Shown here: piece after piece, positions 9,601 through 21,400 of the stretch | How positions within the stretch are numbered: position 1 is the first letter of the stretch | Layout: each line of letters begins with the position of its first letter | Virus record (IMG/VR): IMGVR_UViG_3300020198_000887 | Location: 64,001 to 128,000 of that record | Length of the DNA stretch: 64,000 nt | Direction: 5' to 3' (one strand) | Source: a virus | Made by a program: the position numbers and the translations under genes | Notes under the pieces: generated by a model | What the model was told of the DNA's origin: nothing | The model's database searches: none | What the model saw: only the letters and a program-made list of their open reading frames with translations

Positions 9601-12600
9601 TGGTCTGTTAGAACATTTAATGTATATGTCGGGGTTTTATCAATAATAGTAGTTTCTACTGTATGTTTTGATACACCCCCAGACACTGCCCTAATAGTAA
9701 AATTTACTGTTTCATTCGATAAATCATTTGTATCACTCAATGTGGTAACATTCCACGTCTGAGACGTCCCAGATTTAACAAATGAATATTCATTACTATT
9801 ACCAGTAGCAGCCAAGGTTGCCCCACCGCTTACTGTATAATCTGTGTTATAGGTTGCTGTACCACTAAAATACAAATACAAGGTTGTATTATCAGCAACA
9901 TCAGTTGATGTAAAGGTAAGTGTTGTACTAGACCCTTCATTTACTGACGATGCAATTGATAATTGATATGTTGGATTTTGTGATGAATCATTAATGTTGA
10001 CCGTTTGGGTTGATTTATCAAGTCCCGCTGTGGTTTCCCGAATAGCCCATGTAATATTTTCAATAGCCCCATCAGTAAAATAATCCTGTACTATCTGAAT
10101 AGTCCAAGTCATTGTTAATGAAGTTACAACAAATGAATAAATACCACCTCCAAGTGATGTCAATGCACCCCCACTTACTGTATAGTCAGTTCCATACGTT
10201 GCTGTACCAGATATGTAAATGTATCTTGTACTATTAACATCAACATTGGTCATAACCAACGTTGCAGTGACGGTTGATGGTTCATTTTGATTGGTGTTGT
10301 TAGCACTAACCCCTGATACCGAGAATGCCAATGTATAAACTCCTGGCAGTGAAGTATCTACCAAATTAATAGACTTTGACCCCTTACCAGAACCAGTAGC
10401 ATCAGTAATAGATAACGTTATAGTTTCAGGATTCGTTTCTAATAAATGGTCATTGGCAGTGGCTATGGTCCACGACATTATCGAAGATTTAGTAAATGAC
10501 AAATTATTACCAGATACACTCAAGGTTGGGGAACCAGAAATTGTATAATCAGTCCCATATGTCGCAGTTCCGCCAACAACCATGGTAAGTGAGGTACCAT
10601 TATCAACATCAGTTGTCACCAATGTTAATGTATTATTAGTGTTTTCATCTATTGAATTATTAACAGTGAATATATATGTTGGGTCTTGTGAGGTGTCAAT
10701 TACCGTTATACTAGATGAATTATTGACATACGTCGCATTGTTATCTAATGACAATCGCACCCTAAATGATTTTCCACCACCTGTCTTGTGGTCATTCTTC
10801 AATCCAATTGGTATTGTATATGCAGTGTTTGCCCACGTAAATGACCCAGAAGTTGATGTACTGAAATCACTTGCAACTAGACCACCAAACATTTCTACAC
10901 TCCACCATATAGTAACGGTAGTAGTGTTATTACTAGTAACTGTGAAATCAATGCTACTTCCTTCACTAAGTGAAGTAACCCCAGTTGGTGGTTTTACCGC
11001 ATATGTATTTAATGAAGTATCTAAAATAGAAATAGTAACACTGTCGGTTCCAGCTTGTTGTGTACATACAGCATCAGTATATATTCGTACAGTAAATGAT
11101 TCTGCTCCCTCTGTTAACTCATCCGCGTTCGCTGTTATAACAAAGGATTTAGTATTAGTGTTAATAATAAACGAACCAGTTGTGGTATTTACCCCCTGGT
11201 ATATTAAGTCATTGGCTGTTATGTTATTACCGGTTGCTTTCCAATACAATGTGGTACCATCATCTACATCTGTGGTATTTACAGTGAATGTTGCGGTATA
11301 ATTATTTTCAGTTAAGGTAGAAGTACTCCCGGTGTAGTTGGTTACCCCGGATAATTGATAGGTTGGGGTTAACGATGTATCTGTGATATTTACAGTTCCC
11401 GTTGCTTTTGATATCCCACCAGCCGTTTGTGTTATATTCCAAATAATAGATTCGGCAACGGTTGATTCAGTTACCTTGTCAGTCAAAATAGTCACAGTCC
11501 ACACCATAGAATTACTAATCTGGAATGATGCCCCATTCGTTGAGAATATATCCCCAGTTAGTTGTGGGCCACCACTAATTGTATAATCAGCAGCGGTAGC
11601 TGTGCCACTTGCTTTTAAGTACATGGTTGTAATATTTGGATTACCACTGGTAGTGCTCCCAGCCGCAGCAGATATTTGAAAAGTTGCGGTAAAAGTTTTA
11701 CTAGTGGTTTCATTAATCCCAGTGGATGGGGAGAATAATAAAGAATAAACAGGATCTTTAGAAGTATCAGAAACTGTAACAGTAGATGATGTTCCAACCA
11801 CCGACCCATCCGACAGTTTTAACCGTAATTCAAATGATTTACCTGAATTAGTGGTATAATCATTAATTAATGTTATTGGAATAATACCAACGCCAGCTGA
11901 ACTTATAGTTATCGGGCCACCTGATGTAACACCGTTATAAAAATCTGTTGGTGAATTACTACCAACGATATCCCAATATAAAGACTCTACAATATTAGTT
12001 GTAACATCAAAGGTCACACTACTACCCTCATCTACTGAAGAAGAACGTGGTACTATAGTATAACTTGGTTGGGTGATAGATACTGTTGGACTTGGGTTGC
12101 CTAATAAAGTAGTATAACCAGCATCAGCATATAATTGAATATTAAAACTATCATTTGGTTCAGAAATAGTATCTAATATTAATGTTTTTGTAAATGAATA
12201 AGTCCCGTCATTTAACAATGTAAATGATCCAGTCAATCCCCCTGGATTAAAATCACTACTAGTTATTGTCCCAGACACATTATTTATTTTCCAATATAAT
12301 GTAGTCGATAATGGATTTTGAATATCCGTTGTTGTCACTGATATTGTAACATTTCTACTTTCTGCTATATTAATTGCAGATGATGACGCATTGATTAATA
12401 CAGTATAAGTAGGTGCTGACCTTGCTTGAACAGTAATATCTTGTACAAATGATGAATAAGTTGACCGTGATATAACAACTCTAATAACCGAGGTGGAATT
12501 TGGAAAATTAATAGCCAAATCTGTTGATGTTATTCCATTCGTCTCGATGGTATAGGTACCAGTTGATGCACCAACAAATGTTGCATCACCAGATTGTGTC

Positions 12601-14354
12601 GTTACGGTATATGTGTATGTTCCAGCAGTGTTAATTCCCAATAACCCAAATGTAATATACCGTTGGTTATTAATATTAACCCCAGCATAAATTGCTGTAC
12701 CATTAATTGGAGTCATTGATGTATCAATGATAGTTACGTCGGATGAGGTATGCAACAATGTGCCACCTTGTGATGACCACACGCGTAATTTAAAAAATTC
12801 ATTGCCTTCAGATAAAAAATCATTTGTTATTAATTTTGTAAAGGTAGTTTTTGTATTATAGAAAGTCCCAGTGCCAGTCACAATAGTCCTGGTAGTTGTA
12901 CTCAATATTGCTGTTCCTGACATGGTAGTTGTTATGTCGCTTGACCCAAACCCTGGACTGGCCGACCCAATCATTTCCCAATACACCACATTATTTTGTG
13001 AGTTGACATATGTTGATGTTATGGTTATTGTTATAGTATCGCCTTCGTTATATGAATACGCGTTTGGTGTAATGGAATAGACAGCATTTGGCGTTATCGA
13101 GGTATCTGATATCATCACACCTGTCTGCCCAGTGTGCAGTACTATTCCACCTGATAATATTCTAAGATAAAATGTTTCATCACCTTCTGTTTCAAAATCT
13201 TCTTTTAATATTTTAGTAACAGTAAACATCCCATTAGAAAGTTGGGATGTTCCAGACATACCATTGGTATCTTTAAAATCGGTATCTGTTATATAATCAC
13301 CATGTATATCCCACGAAATCAAGGCATTTGGGTCAACTAATCTACTAATTTGTGTGGTGAATGTAACAGTATTATCAATCGTTTCATCAACCAAAAGTTG
13401 ACTAGGGGTAATAGAATATATGACATTTTGATTACCAGTAGTCTCGAATCCATATTGAACTGCCGTTAATGCAGCCACATTTACATTGACCCCATATGGA
13501 CGATCTTGACGTACTATACTACTCAAAGTTCCGTCCATACTTAAATCAAGATTTGCTGAATATAAATCTGAAAAATAAATGGATAAAATTAATTGGGATG
13601 CCGCAGTATTTCGTCTAGCATATACATAATACCGATTTACTGAATATGTTCCGCTAAATACTTTTTGAAATACTAATTGATCCGATGTAGTTAGATCAAA
13701 CCACCCTATACTAGAACCGGTCCCGGCGCCGGTACAACTAGTATGGGTGTAGTCAAATAATATATCACCAATTTCAGACAAATGTGTAGTCCACGAACTG
13801 TTTTTTTCCGAGGTAGTCGTTCCGCCTGTTCTTCCAGCAGATATTCTTAGTTTACCACCAGCATTAAAAAAATACCTAAGGTTAGCAGCTGAACCATCCC
13901 CACTTGATGCCCCAGATATTGTTACGGTATGTATCACACTGTCATTCCAAGCGGTAGTTCTAGTACCAGCGATTAAGCTTTCAGTATTATATTGACTCAA
14001 TGGGGCATTGATATTTCTGTTTGCAAATAACGAGCTTGCAAAACTGGCATATCCTGATATTAAACTAGAAGTTACAACATCACCTTGTACAAATGATGGT
14101 ACGTTGGCTGCTTCTGAAGTTCCTGTTTGATGTTGTATTATTTTTAATAAATCATTTCGTAAATTGTTCCAATGGTCATATGTAATTGTTGCATCCACCG
14201 CAATTTGACTACTTGACAATATTTGTCCATATCCAAATGTTTCATCCTGTAAGTTGGTTGTTGGGTTCGTTCCCCCAGAACCCAACACCGCTGAAACATT
14301 TTTTTGAATACTATTATAGTCCGATGCTATAATTAAAGATCCTTGTCCTATCAT
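6648..14354 (-). CDS. giant tail fibre/appendage protein A (2568 aa): conserved N-terminal virion domain, ~13-14 Calx-beta-like Ig repeats, Gly-rich C-terminal domain
   Basis: Repeated 'Y..s.nEG..vtF..tt....tlYW.....DF....D..tE..E.f......I.DTS' units; C-terminal GGGGAG/GGxGG domain; Thr/Ser-rich. Confidence 0.8.
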   Translation of the reverse strand: MIGQGSLIIASDYNSIQKNVSAVLGSGGTNPTTNLQDETFGYGQILSSSQIAVDATITYDHWNNLRNDLLKIIQHQTGTSEAANVPSFVQGDVVTSSLISGYASFASSLFANRNINAPLSQYNTESLIAGTRTTAWNDSVIHTVTISGASSGDGSAANLRYFFNAGGKLRISAGRTGGTTTSEKNSSWTTHLSEIGDILFDYTHTSCTGAGTGSSIGWFDLTTSDQLVFQKVFSGTYSVNRYYVYARRNTAASQLILSIYFSDLYSANLDLSMDGTLSSIVRQDRPYGVNVNVAALTAVQYGFETTGNQNVIYSITPSQLLVDETIDNTVTFTTQISRLVDPNALISWDIHGDYITDTDFKDTNGMSGTSQLSNGMFTVTKILKEDFETEGDETFYLRILSGGIVLHTGQTGVMISDTSITPNAVYSITPNAYSYNEGDTITITITSTYVNSQNNVVYWEMIGSASPGFGSSDITTTMSGTAILSTTTRTIVTGTGTFYNTKTTFTKLITNDFLSEGNEFFKLRVWSSQGGTLLHTSSDVTIIDTSMTPINGTAIYAGVNINNQRYITFGLLGINTAGTYTYTVTTQSGDATFVGASTGTYTIETNGITSTDLAINFPNSTSVIRVVISRSTYSSFVQDITVQARSAPTYTVLINASSSAINIAESRNVTISVTTTDIQNPLSTTLYWKINNVSGTITSSDFNPGGLTGSFTLLNDGTYSFTKTLILDTISEPNDSFNIQLYADAGYTTLLGNPSPTVSITQPSYTIVPRSSSVDEGSSVTFDVTTNIVESLYWDIVGSNSPTDFYNGVTSGGPITISSAGVGIIPITLINDYTTNSGKSFELRLKLSDGSVVGTSSTVTVSDTSKDPVYSLLFSPSTGINETTSKTFTATFQISAAAGSTTSGNPNITTMYLKASGTATAADYTISGGPQLTGDIFSTNGASFQISNSMVWTVTILTDKVTESTVAESIIWNITQTAGGISKATGTVNITDTSLTPTYQLSGVTNYTGSTSTLTENNYTATFTVNTTDVDDGTTLYWKATGNNITANDLIYQGVNTTTGSFIINTNTKSFVITANADELTEGAESFTVRIYTDAVCTQQAGTDSVTISILDTSLNTYAVKPPTGVTSLSEGSSIDFTVTSNNTTTVTIWWSVEMFGGLVASDFSTSTSGSFTWANTAYTIPIGLKNDHKTGGGKSFRVRLSLDNNATYVNNSSSITVIDTSQDPTYIFTVNNSIDENTNNTLTLVTTDVDNGTSLTMVVGGTATYGTDYTISGSPTLSVSGNNLSFTKSSIMSWTIATANDHLLETNPETITLSITDATGSGKGSKSINLVDTSLPGVYTLAFSVSGVSANNTNQNEPSTVTATLVMTNVDVNSTRYIYISGTATYGTDYTVSGGALTSLGGGIYSFVVTSLTMTWTIQIVQDYFTDGAIENITWAIRETTAGLDKSTQTVNINDSSQNPTYQLSIASSVNEGSSTTLTFTSTDVADNTTLYLYFSGTATYNTDYTVSGGATLAATGNSNEYSFVKSGTSQTWNVTTLSDTNDLSNETVNFTIRAVSGGVSKHTVETTIIDKTPTYTLNVLTDHPSIPGIISEGQYTISIYVAGSNITTSTTIYWEAQGTAGNTADIYVYSASGNPPETSPPNGSITLAAGGTQTNIPQLRAKADLLTEGAETLSIALFKDSARTIALPNVTVTNSVVAISDTSTTPIPTFDVGPTTAQSLYQNNSYSHTVTTANYAGGTLYWKLTGTIPSSLVSVTSGTVTIGASGTNTITVSNSSTAVYTTYASPYNIELYSSASDRTNSVNRLAVSPATVTVYNNIVPTPSVSVPSTVTQAPFMFNLTVTNGPSLGSATLKVTRPSGIVDTKGTASLDSAGSWTTESVYFSELGTHTATVTYAFASTDPHYNNVTIPQTSQSITSVLPTLLANTTSIKEGQSVQFEFSAPGANNTQSSTSLNATSISGGTYVPSSTDFVGGMPTTITLTGGTGSISKTWAANASYAGSRSWRGTAVSSATINGVVYTSTVYSGNIVTTDAEPFYSLSLYPNTSINEGDSFSLTLTTENLPVNKTIYWSQTGTATAADFDTGTAAMSGSFIMSQQDSPKLALTIIAAADYLSESTETVKYTIYSDSARTTTLASSNTVNLVDVYGTPTITMPSSAQAGNQITISFASAPSNGTVSYDNTIINNTAGGVSSPISIGATGSGSWTTGGLPQSAIGSNTITFTFKKSNGTAVAVITKTLTVTAPVPVVTLSQTTLHVGNALSWTVTSGLANATYTVSYIHPVSSVSSVFGPYTLTVDGGDYRNTNSPFKTDDAGSYSAVFTFTGISITRTFTVATPPSGDLFISSLPGFSYGSVQTWNIPQGIMRVLIDAYGGGGAGSGGWRSSTYARSGGGGGAGGVASADLRVDGTLSPSYLSSRANAYLNAGGSASVWTPEGPMLDIFASGGNAGGSTSSNTTGTGGTGGNGFFDSVVNTSATVTTTVGNNGLSGVYSNTTTAPGGTGASTAISVGGAGGSGTALNGGHGGTPGAGGGGGGAIKSTSVAAGAGGAGGQADVRIRYSPAINRGGGW

Positions 14355-14509
14355 TACATATCCTTTTACGAAAATCCAAATCCATTTATGTTATAACTAA
14401 TGTATAACCATCTATTGTAGTTCACATGCAGTTCGTCACTAAAACTGGCTTGCTATTAATATTTAATGACTCGCATATTGCCTAGTATTAATCCGACTAA
14501 TTTCTGAAA

Positions 14510-15121
14510 TTAGTCCAACCTAAACCCGAAACTAATGCGTGGAGCATTAGGTGAATATACACAATGCCAGAAATAACTAGAATTGGTTATTTCAAACAAT
14601 CTAACAGTCCATCCTTTATTATCCCAATCCGTTACAATAGTTTTTGTTTCGTCGTCTGACTTTATATATTTAAAATATGACCCATTTTCAATAGGTGAAT
14701 ACGCAATATATAACCGATAACACGGTGCATTGCTATTAGTGTGCCACCCCATAAATCCACCCTTCGGGTATAAAAAATTACCACTCGGTGAACGTACTTT
14801 TAATCCAGTAACTGTCTCAACATATTCCATTAGTTGTTTAGTTATTGCAACAGGTGGGAATGATATTTCGCTTAACTTAGACACTACATTAACATCAAGT
14901 ATAGATTTTCGCCAATTAAGAGAATTTAAATCATGATTCAATATAAACTCGTCGCTCACACCAGGATAAGTTTGGTCAGTTGGGTCACACAATACCCTTG
15001 AAAATTCATACTCAGTTGAATCATGTGTCGGATTTATATAAAAAATAGGTCTTGATAATACATCATCCACATAGGCAGTTAATGCAGTTTCTAATTCACC
15101 TGTCAATTGATATTTTTTCAT
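14510..15121 (-). CDS. 2OG-Fe(II) oxygenase-like (cupin/DSBH) protein
   Basis: 'YPKGGFMGWHTN...WHCV...RISFGF' = Hx(D/N)...H...RxS pattern. Confidence 0.75.
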   Translation of the reverse strand: MKKYQLTGELETALTAYVDDVLSRPIFYINPTHDSTEYEFSRVLCDPTDQTYPGVSDEFILNHDLNSLNWRKSILDVNVVSKLSEISFPPVAITKQLMEYVETVTGLKVRSPSGNFLYPKGGFMGWHTNSNAPCYRLYIAYSPIENGSYFKYIKSDDETKTIVTDWDNKGWTVRLFEITNSSYFWHCVYSPNAPRISFGFRLD

Positions 15122-15435
15122 AATGCTACTTCCTCCACTGCATCCAGCGGGGTATCAGGATTTATAATCTTGTATAATTCTGAATCAACCCTATACGGGT
15201 TTGAATTATACTGTTCTTGCAATTTATTCCATAAATCATGAATGAGTTCGTCGGTTGGCTGTCCTATATTTGTTATTCTCCACTCAACAATGGCGGCATC
15301 TGAATTATATATGTATTGTCTCCCATCTGGTGCCAATGTTACCGTACAAGAAATAATCACATCACTCCCAATACGAATATTTTTATATTTACGTTCTAAA
15401 ACGTATGAAAGTTGGTCTAAAGTTAAAGTTGTCAT
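15118..15435 (-). CDS. putative tail-fibre assembly chaperone (XkdW-like)
   Basis: 105 aa directly downstream of a fibre gene; 'IVEWRITNIGQPTDELI' resembles the XkdW 'I..W......QPT..EL' pattern. Confidence 0.5.
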   Translation of the reverse strand: MTTLTLDQLSYVLERKYKNIRIGSDVIISCTVTLAPDGRQYIYNSDAAIVEWRITNIGQPTDELIHDLWNKLQEQYNSNPYRVDSELYKIINPDTPLDAVEEVAL

Positions 15436-15436
15436 G

Positions 15437-18400
15437 TTATCCTCCGTTATGTATTACTTTAAGCAATGCAGTTTGTGCTGTTATTTCAAATGCTAGGCGT
15501 TGTGCCTGGCCACCAAACGTAAACTTAGCACGCAATGTCCTAATCACATGTCCATCTGGCATGGTAATGTTGCATTGTGTATTATTTTTTCTGACTATAG
15601 TCTGATTAGTAAGTGGTCCATACTGAATATTACTAACACTAATTACTACTCCCGAACTATCACACATTTGAGAATACAATACTTCTAATTTATAATACGG
15701 TATTTTATTATCACTAATTTCTGGTGCTTTGGATATAACAGTAATACCATTAACCACAGCATTTACTGGCAAGTCGATGTTTACTAGCTCATTATCACGA
15801 ACTTCCATTGATACGGTAACCATTGTGTTGGCAAATGTAATATTGCGTGGATTGGTACGGAATCCTGCAACTGTACCCGCAAGACCCATATATCCAGACA
15901 TAAATGCATCGTTATCGTTATTTGCGTTACTTTCCGTATAGTGTGGAATCAGTGAAATCCCATTAATGAACGATTGTAGTTTGCCGGAATTGATAGTGGC
16001 AGACGAAAAGGTCTTGGCCCCAGCAATCAACGTTTTAACTTCTGGCAACGCAGTTGGGGTGGTTGTATTACCAACCAATGCTGTTTGGGCTTTAAACTTT
16101 GCATTAATAGGATACACCGTAGACACTGGTATTGTGCAATTTTCATCAGTATACAACTTAACAGCAAACAGCTGGTCTTCTGTAGTATTATAATCACCAA
16201 CCGTTGGTATTTGGACGTTTGCAACATTTGACATTACGGGTGCGATTCCACGTGTTAATCCACCAAACCGTGGGAACGTTTGGTTATCATATATCACTTT
16301 CCAATATACATCAGAATTAGTGGCAACTGCGGCATTGAATGATAATGTTTCACCGGCGGCGATTGCCAACGGCTTTTTCGAGCTGTCATTTATAACAATG
16401 GTATCACTAGTACATAACAACGGACCGGTCACTGATTCAGTGTGTAATTCTACATACACGGTCTCCTGGCCTTCTGTTATTAAATCCACCGTAACTAACG
16501 CAGTCCATACCATCGGACTACCAGTTACTACAAACGAACCATTATCATTAAATCCTTGTCCGGAAACCGCCAACCAATCCCCGGTGTCTGACCCTGTAGT
16601 GTATATAAATTTAGGATATACTAATGTTCCTTGTTTAAAATACTGGTTCGTAAAAGTAAATGTTACTAGATCACCCTCATTAACAACAAGTGGGGTGATC
16701 GTTAGCGTCCCACTTGGGTCAAACAATGACGTATCATTGATAGTAATTGTATTACTTGTTGCCACTGTTACCCCAGCAGTATCTTTAAACACCCACGCGA
16801 ACGTCTGACTCCCTTCTGTTGCATGATCTGCAACCACTGTATGCTTCCATGTAATAGTTGGCTGGGTAACCGTGAATGTGCCAGCTATGGCAGGAGCAGT
16901 TCCATCTGGGGATAAATCGTTATCCCCGGCTGTTCCACTATGAAAAGCAGTCAATACAGTACCAACTACAATATTTGCAACTTGAATTGTTGTTGTTATT
17001 AAGCTGCCCTCCGACGGCTTTGATGGTGAAATAGTTACTGCATAAGAAGGGGCCTTAGAGGTATCCTCTATGGTAAATGTCGAACTTCTTCGTAGTACAG
17101 GTCCACCAAGAACATCCATAACTTCAATGAATGCAGTTTCATATCCTTCTGTTTTGAGGTCTGGTGATACCTCAAATTGCCAAGTCATTGCACTTCCACT
17201 TGTTGAAAATGAGTAGATATTACCAGTTTTAGTGAGTGATGGACCTGATAATAAAGCATAATCAGTCCCATATGTCGCAGACCCACCAAATGAAAGATAC
17301 ATTGTTGAGTTTGATGCCACATTTGCAACATTTAATGTAACAGAAAATGTTTTATTTGTGGTTTCATTTATATTTCCCGATGCAGGTGAAATAGTCATCC
17401 CATATGATGGATTTTGCGAAGTGTCTAAAATTAAAATACCCTGACTTGTTTGAACTACCGGACCAGTTTTTGACCCAGTTCTAAGCTGCACCTCAAATGT
17501 TTCACCACCCTCGGTTTTATTATCAGTTAATGCAGTAATCGAAAAATTTCCTGCACCGGAACTATCAAGTATCAATTCTGCGCTTCTTTTATTCAAATCA
17601 AACTCATCCAACCCTGCCGCATCTGGAATAACCCAAAAAAGTACGGTATTTTTTGGAACATTCACTGTAGTAACAGTGAATTCAACCCCCGTTGTTCCTT
17701 CACCAATCATAGTAGCAGACTGCGCTAGGTTATAAACTTTCTGTGTTTGAGAATCATCTTTTATGATAACGCCGCTGCTTGTTTGTCTGATTGTACCATC
17801 ATACCCACCTGTTCTAACTTGCAATTCAAATGACATATCACCTTCAGTAATAACATCTGCGTTAGCAGTTAACGTTACCTTACCAACATTGTTTGTAACT
17901 GTAAATGTGCCACGAACTTTGCTTTCAACAAAATCATCCGCCGTTAATTTATCATTTGATAACGTCCAATATAAAAGTGCATTATTGGGTAAATTTGTAG
18001 TATAAATTGTAAAAGTAACCCCTTTTCCACCCTCGTTTATTTGCGATTGACTAACATCAATCGTAATAGTTGGTTCTACAAATGTATCTGTTATTGTTGT
18101 AACTTCACTCGTTTGAACAATCAGTCCAGCAAACCCACCAGTACGTAGTTGAATAGCAAATGATTCGGTATTTTCTGGAACACCATCTGCAGCGGCGGTT
18201 CTCACAATACTCGCTTTTCCAGTCGTATCGACATTAACAGTGCCGGATAATTTATTATCACTAAAATCAGTTGGTTGAATAACTCCAACTGGGGTTGTCG
18301 TCCAGTATAATGTTTCACTCGGTGAAACATTTGTTGTGGAAACTGTAAATGTTACAGTATTATTAGCTCCAGTTTCACCAATAGTTGATTTATCCCGAAT

Positions 18401-21400
18401 AATATTATAAGTTTTAACTGTTGGGATGGTTGGGGTTAATGATAGATCATTAATTTCTATTTCAGGACTGGTTCTTAATAACGTACTAGTTGGACCTGCA
18501 TCAGATCGTAATTCAATACAAAATTTTTCAGTACCTTCGGATTTATAGTCAACACTCATCACACGGGTAACCGTTGCGGTTCCATCAGATTTTATTAAAA
18601 ATGTGCCAGCATCTAAGCTATCACTAAAATCAGCTGCTACAACAGAACCTACCGTAGATTTGGTAGTCCAATACAATCGTGTATTAACTGGTATGCCTTG
18701 TGTATATACTGTGAAAATTACCCCAGATGGACCTAGAGTAGTCGGCCCTTCATATACAAGTCCGGTGTCCGCTGTAATAATATATTGTGATGGGGTTGTA
18801 GTTGATGTATCATTTATCAATATACCTGGGGCACTCGTCGCCAATAGCGACCCTGCCCCATTTCTAATTTCCACTTCAAACGATTCACCACCGGTTTCGG
18901 TTAAACTATCTGCTTTTGCAGTTATAGTAAACGATCCAGCCCCATTTGTGATTGTAACTGGCCCTGATAAGGTATTAGATGTAAAATCATTAGCGGTAAT
19001 ATTCGTACCAACTAATGTCCAATATAACGTGCCATTAACCATAGTTGTTGTAGTCACAGAAAATAATACACTAGCCCCTGCACCACTCTCATTGATGGCA
19101 GTAACCCCCAACGAGGAGACCGTTGTATTCGCAGCAACTATTGCATCAGTTATACTTGTCATTTGGCTAGTATAAACTGCTGACCCATTTTGAGTTGTTT
19201 TCAACTGAATTGCAAATGATTCAGCTGTTTCTGATGTCAAATCTATAGCTGCCGTCCGAATGATAGGTTCCGATGATTGATTGTTATAAATAACAACGGT
19301 ACCAGACAAGGTATTGTCACTAAAATCTGCTGCAGTCAATTGTGATGTTGACGCAAGAGTAGACCAATATAAAATAGTACCATCGGGGATCCCAGTTGTA
19401 TATACATCAAATGTTACGCCTTGTCCTTCTGCAATCGATGAGGTATTTCTTTCAAGTAAATACGATACGACAACTGGGGTGGTGGATAAGTCACTAATTA
19501 CAACCGCACTGCTTGTCTGTACCACGGGTCCAGCAATACTCCCAGTTCTTAACTCTATGCAGAATGTTTCTTCACCTTCAGTATACTTGTCAGGATTGGC
19601 AATTCGAATAATAGATGCAGAATTATTTTTGATTGTCACTTGCCCACTTGCCAAATAGTCAGAGAAATCAGAGCTACTTACATCCCCAGATTTCGGCAAT
19701 GTGGTCCAATACAATGTTGCCCCATTTGGAACGTTTTCAGTTATTATATTAAATGTTACACCAGTACTTCCTTCACCAATCTTGCCAATATTTTGTATAA
19801 TATTATAAGTTGGGGTTAATGGATTTGTAGTGAATGAAGTATCCTTAATTATTATACCAGCACTTGAAGTTTTTATCGGGCCAGTTATTGACCCTGTTCT
19901 GATTTGAACTTCAAACGACTCATCCCCCTCGGTTGTGATGTCCGCCCTTGCTATACGGGTAAAAGTACCAGTGTTATTTGTAATAATTACTGTACCACTA
20001 TTCAAGTTATCAGTAAAATCATTAGCAGATACATTTGCACCTGATACTGTCCAATACAAGGTAGAATCAGCAATATTCACTGTATTAACAGTAAAAGTAA
20101 CTTCTGTGGTCCCATCTTCATTGATTGTGGTTTTATTTGGTGTTACTGTATACGATGAAAGTGCATCAGTTATACTTGTCAATTCACTTGTTGCAACAAT
20201 GCTACCAGTTATACTATTAGTTCGTAGTTGTATGGCAAACAATTCTGCACCCTCGGGAGATAAATCCGACACGGCTTCCCTAGTGATTATTCCACTATTA
20301 TTATTAATTTCAACTGTACCAGATAATGTGTTATCACTAAAATCTGCTTCAGTAATCCCAGCACTTACACTGGTTGTCCAATATAATGTGGTTGGACTCG
20401 GTAATCCGGTAGTAGTTATTGTAAATACTGCACGGCCACCTTCAACAATAGCCGGTGCATTTCTTGTAATAACATATGGCGATGCACCAGCCAGATCATT
20501 TATTTTTACACTTGCGCTAGTTGCTTTAATTGGACCAGAAATAGAATCTGTCCTAATTTGTATTTCAAATACTTCCGTACCTTCTACAAGGAGATCAGCC
20601 TTTGCAATACGTGAAATTGTCCCAACATTGTTACTAATTACGACAACCCCACTTAAAGATTCATCTACAAAGTCATTTGCGGTTATCCCATTACCAGAGG
20701 TTGTCCAATATAATACAGTATTACCAGGTACATTCACTGTGTTGACAGTAAAAACAACTTGGGTTTGGCCTTCTATTATCGAATTACTAGCTGGTGTTAC
20801 CGAATATGATCTAGCAATATCTTGTATATCTGTAATTTCACTTTGTGCAACAATTGACCCGGTAGTTGAAAATGTTCTTATTTGAATAGCGAATGATTCA
20901 GTGTTTTCAACAGCTAAGTCATCTTTTGCTATTCTAGTAATAGTACCGCTTCCATTGTTGATAATAACGGTACCAGTATAGGTTTCATCACTAAAATCTG
21001 CCGGGGTTAACCCAGTACTCGTGCTTGTTGACCAGTATAATATAGTACCAGAGGGAACATTGGTTGTGGTAACCGTAAACACTACGCCAACCCCACCTTC
21101 GGTAATTGCGGTTGTGTTTCTAGTCACAGTATAGGTAGGCACAACAGCAGGAATTACTGGCGCAACAGTCACAGTGCCACCAGTAAATGTGCTAATTGCA
21201 GCTGGTCTTGCAACAGTTACATTATGCCCAGATGCCCGGCAAATCTTCATCGAACTCAACAAATTCCCATCGATGTTTGGATCACCACTACCATCTGCGA
21301 TGTCAGAAAATTCAATTGTAAATATAACTTGTGCAGAAGTTGTTCCTAATTTTGCATAAACAGCATATCTGTTAAGCTCAAATGATGGGGTAGAATCATA

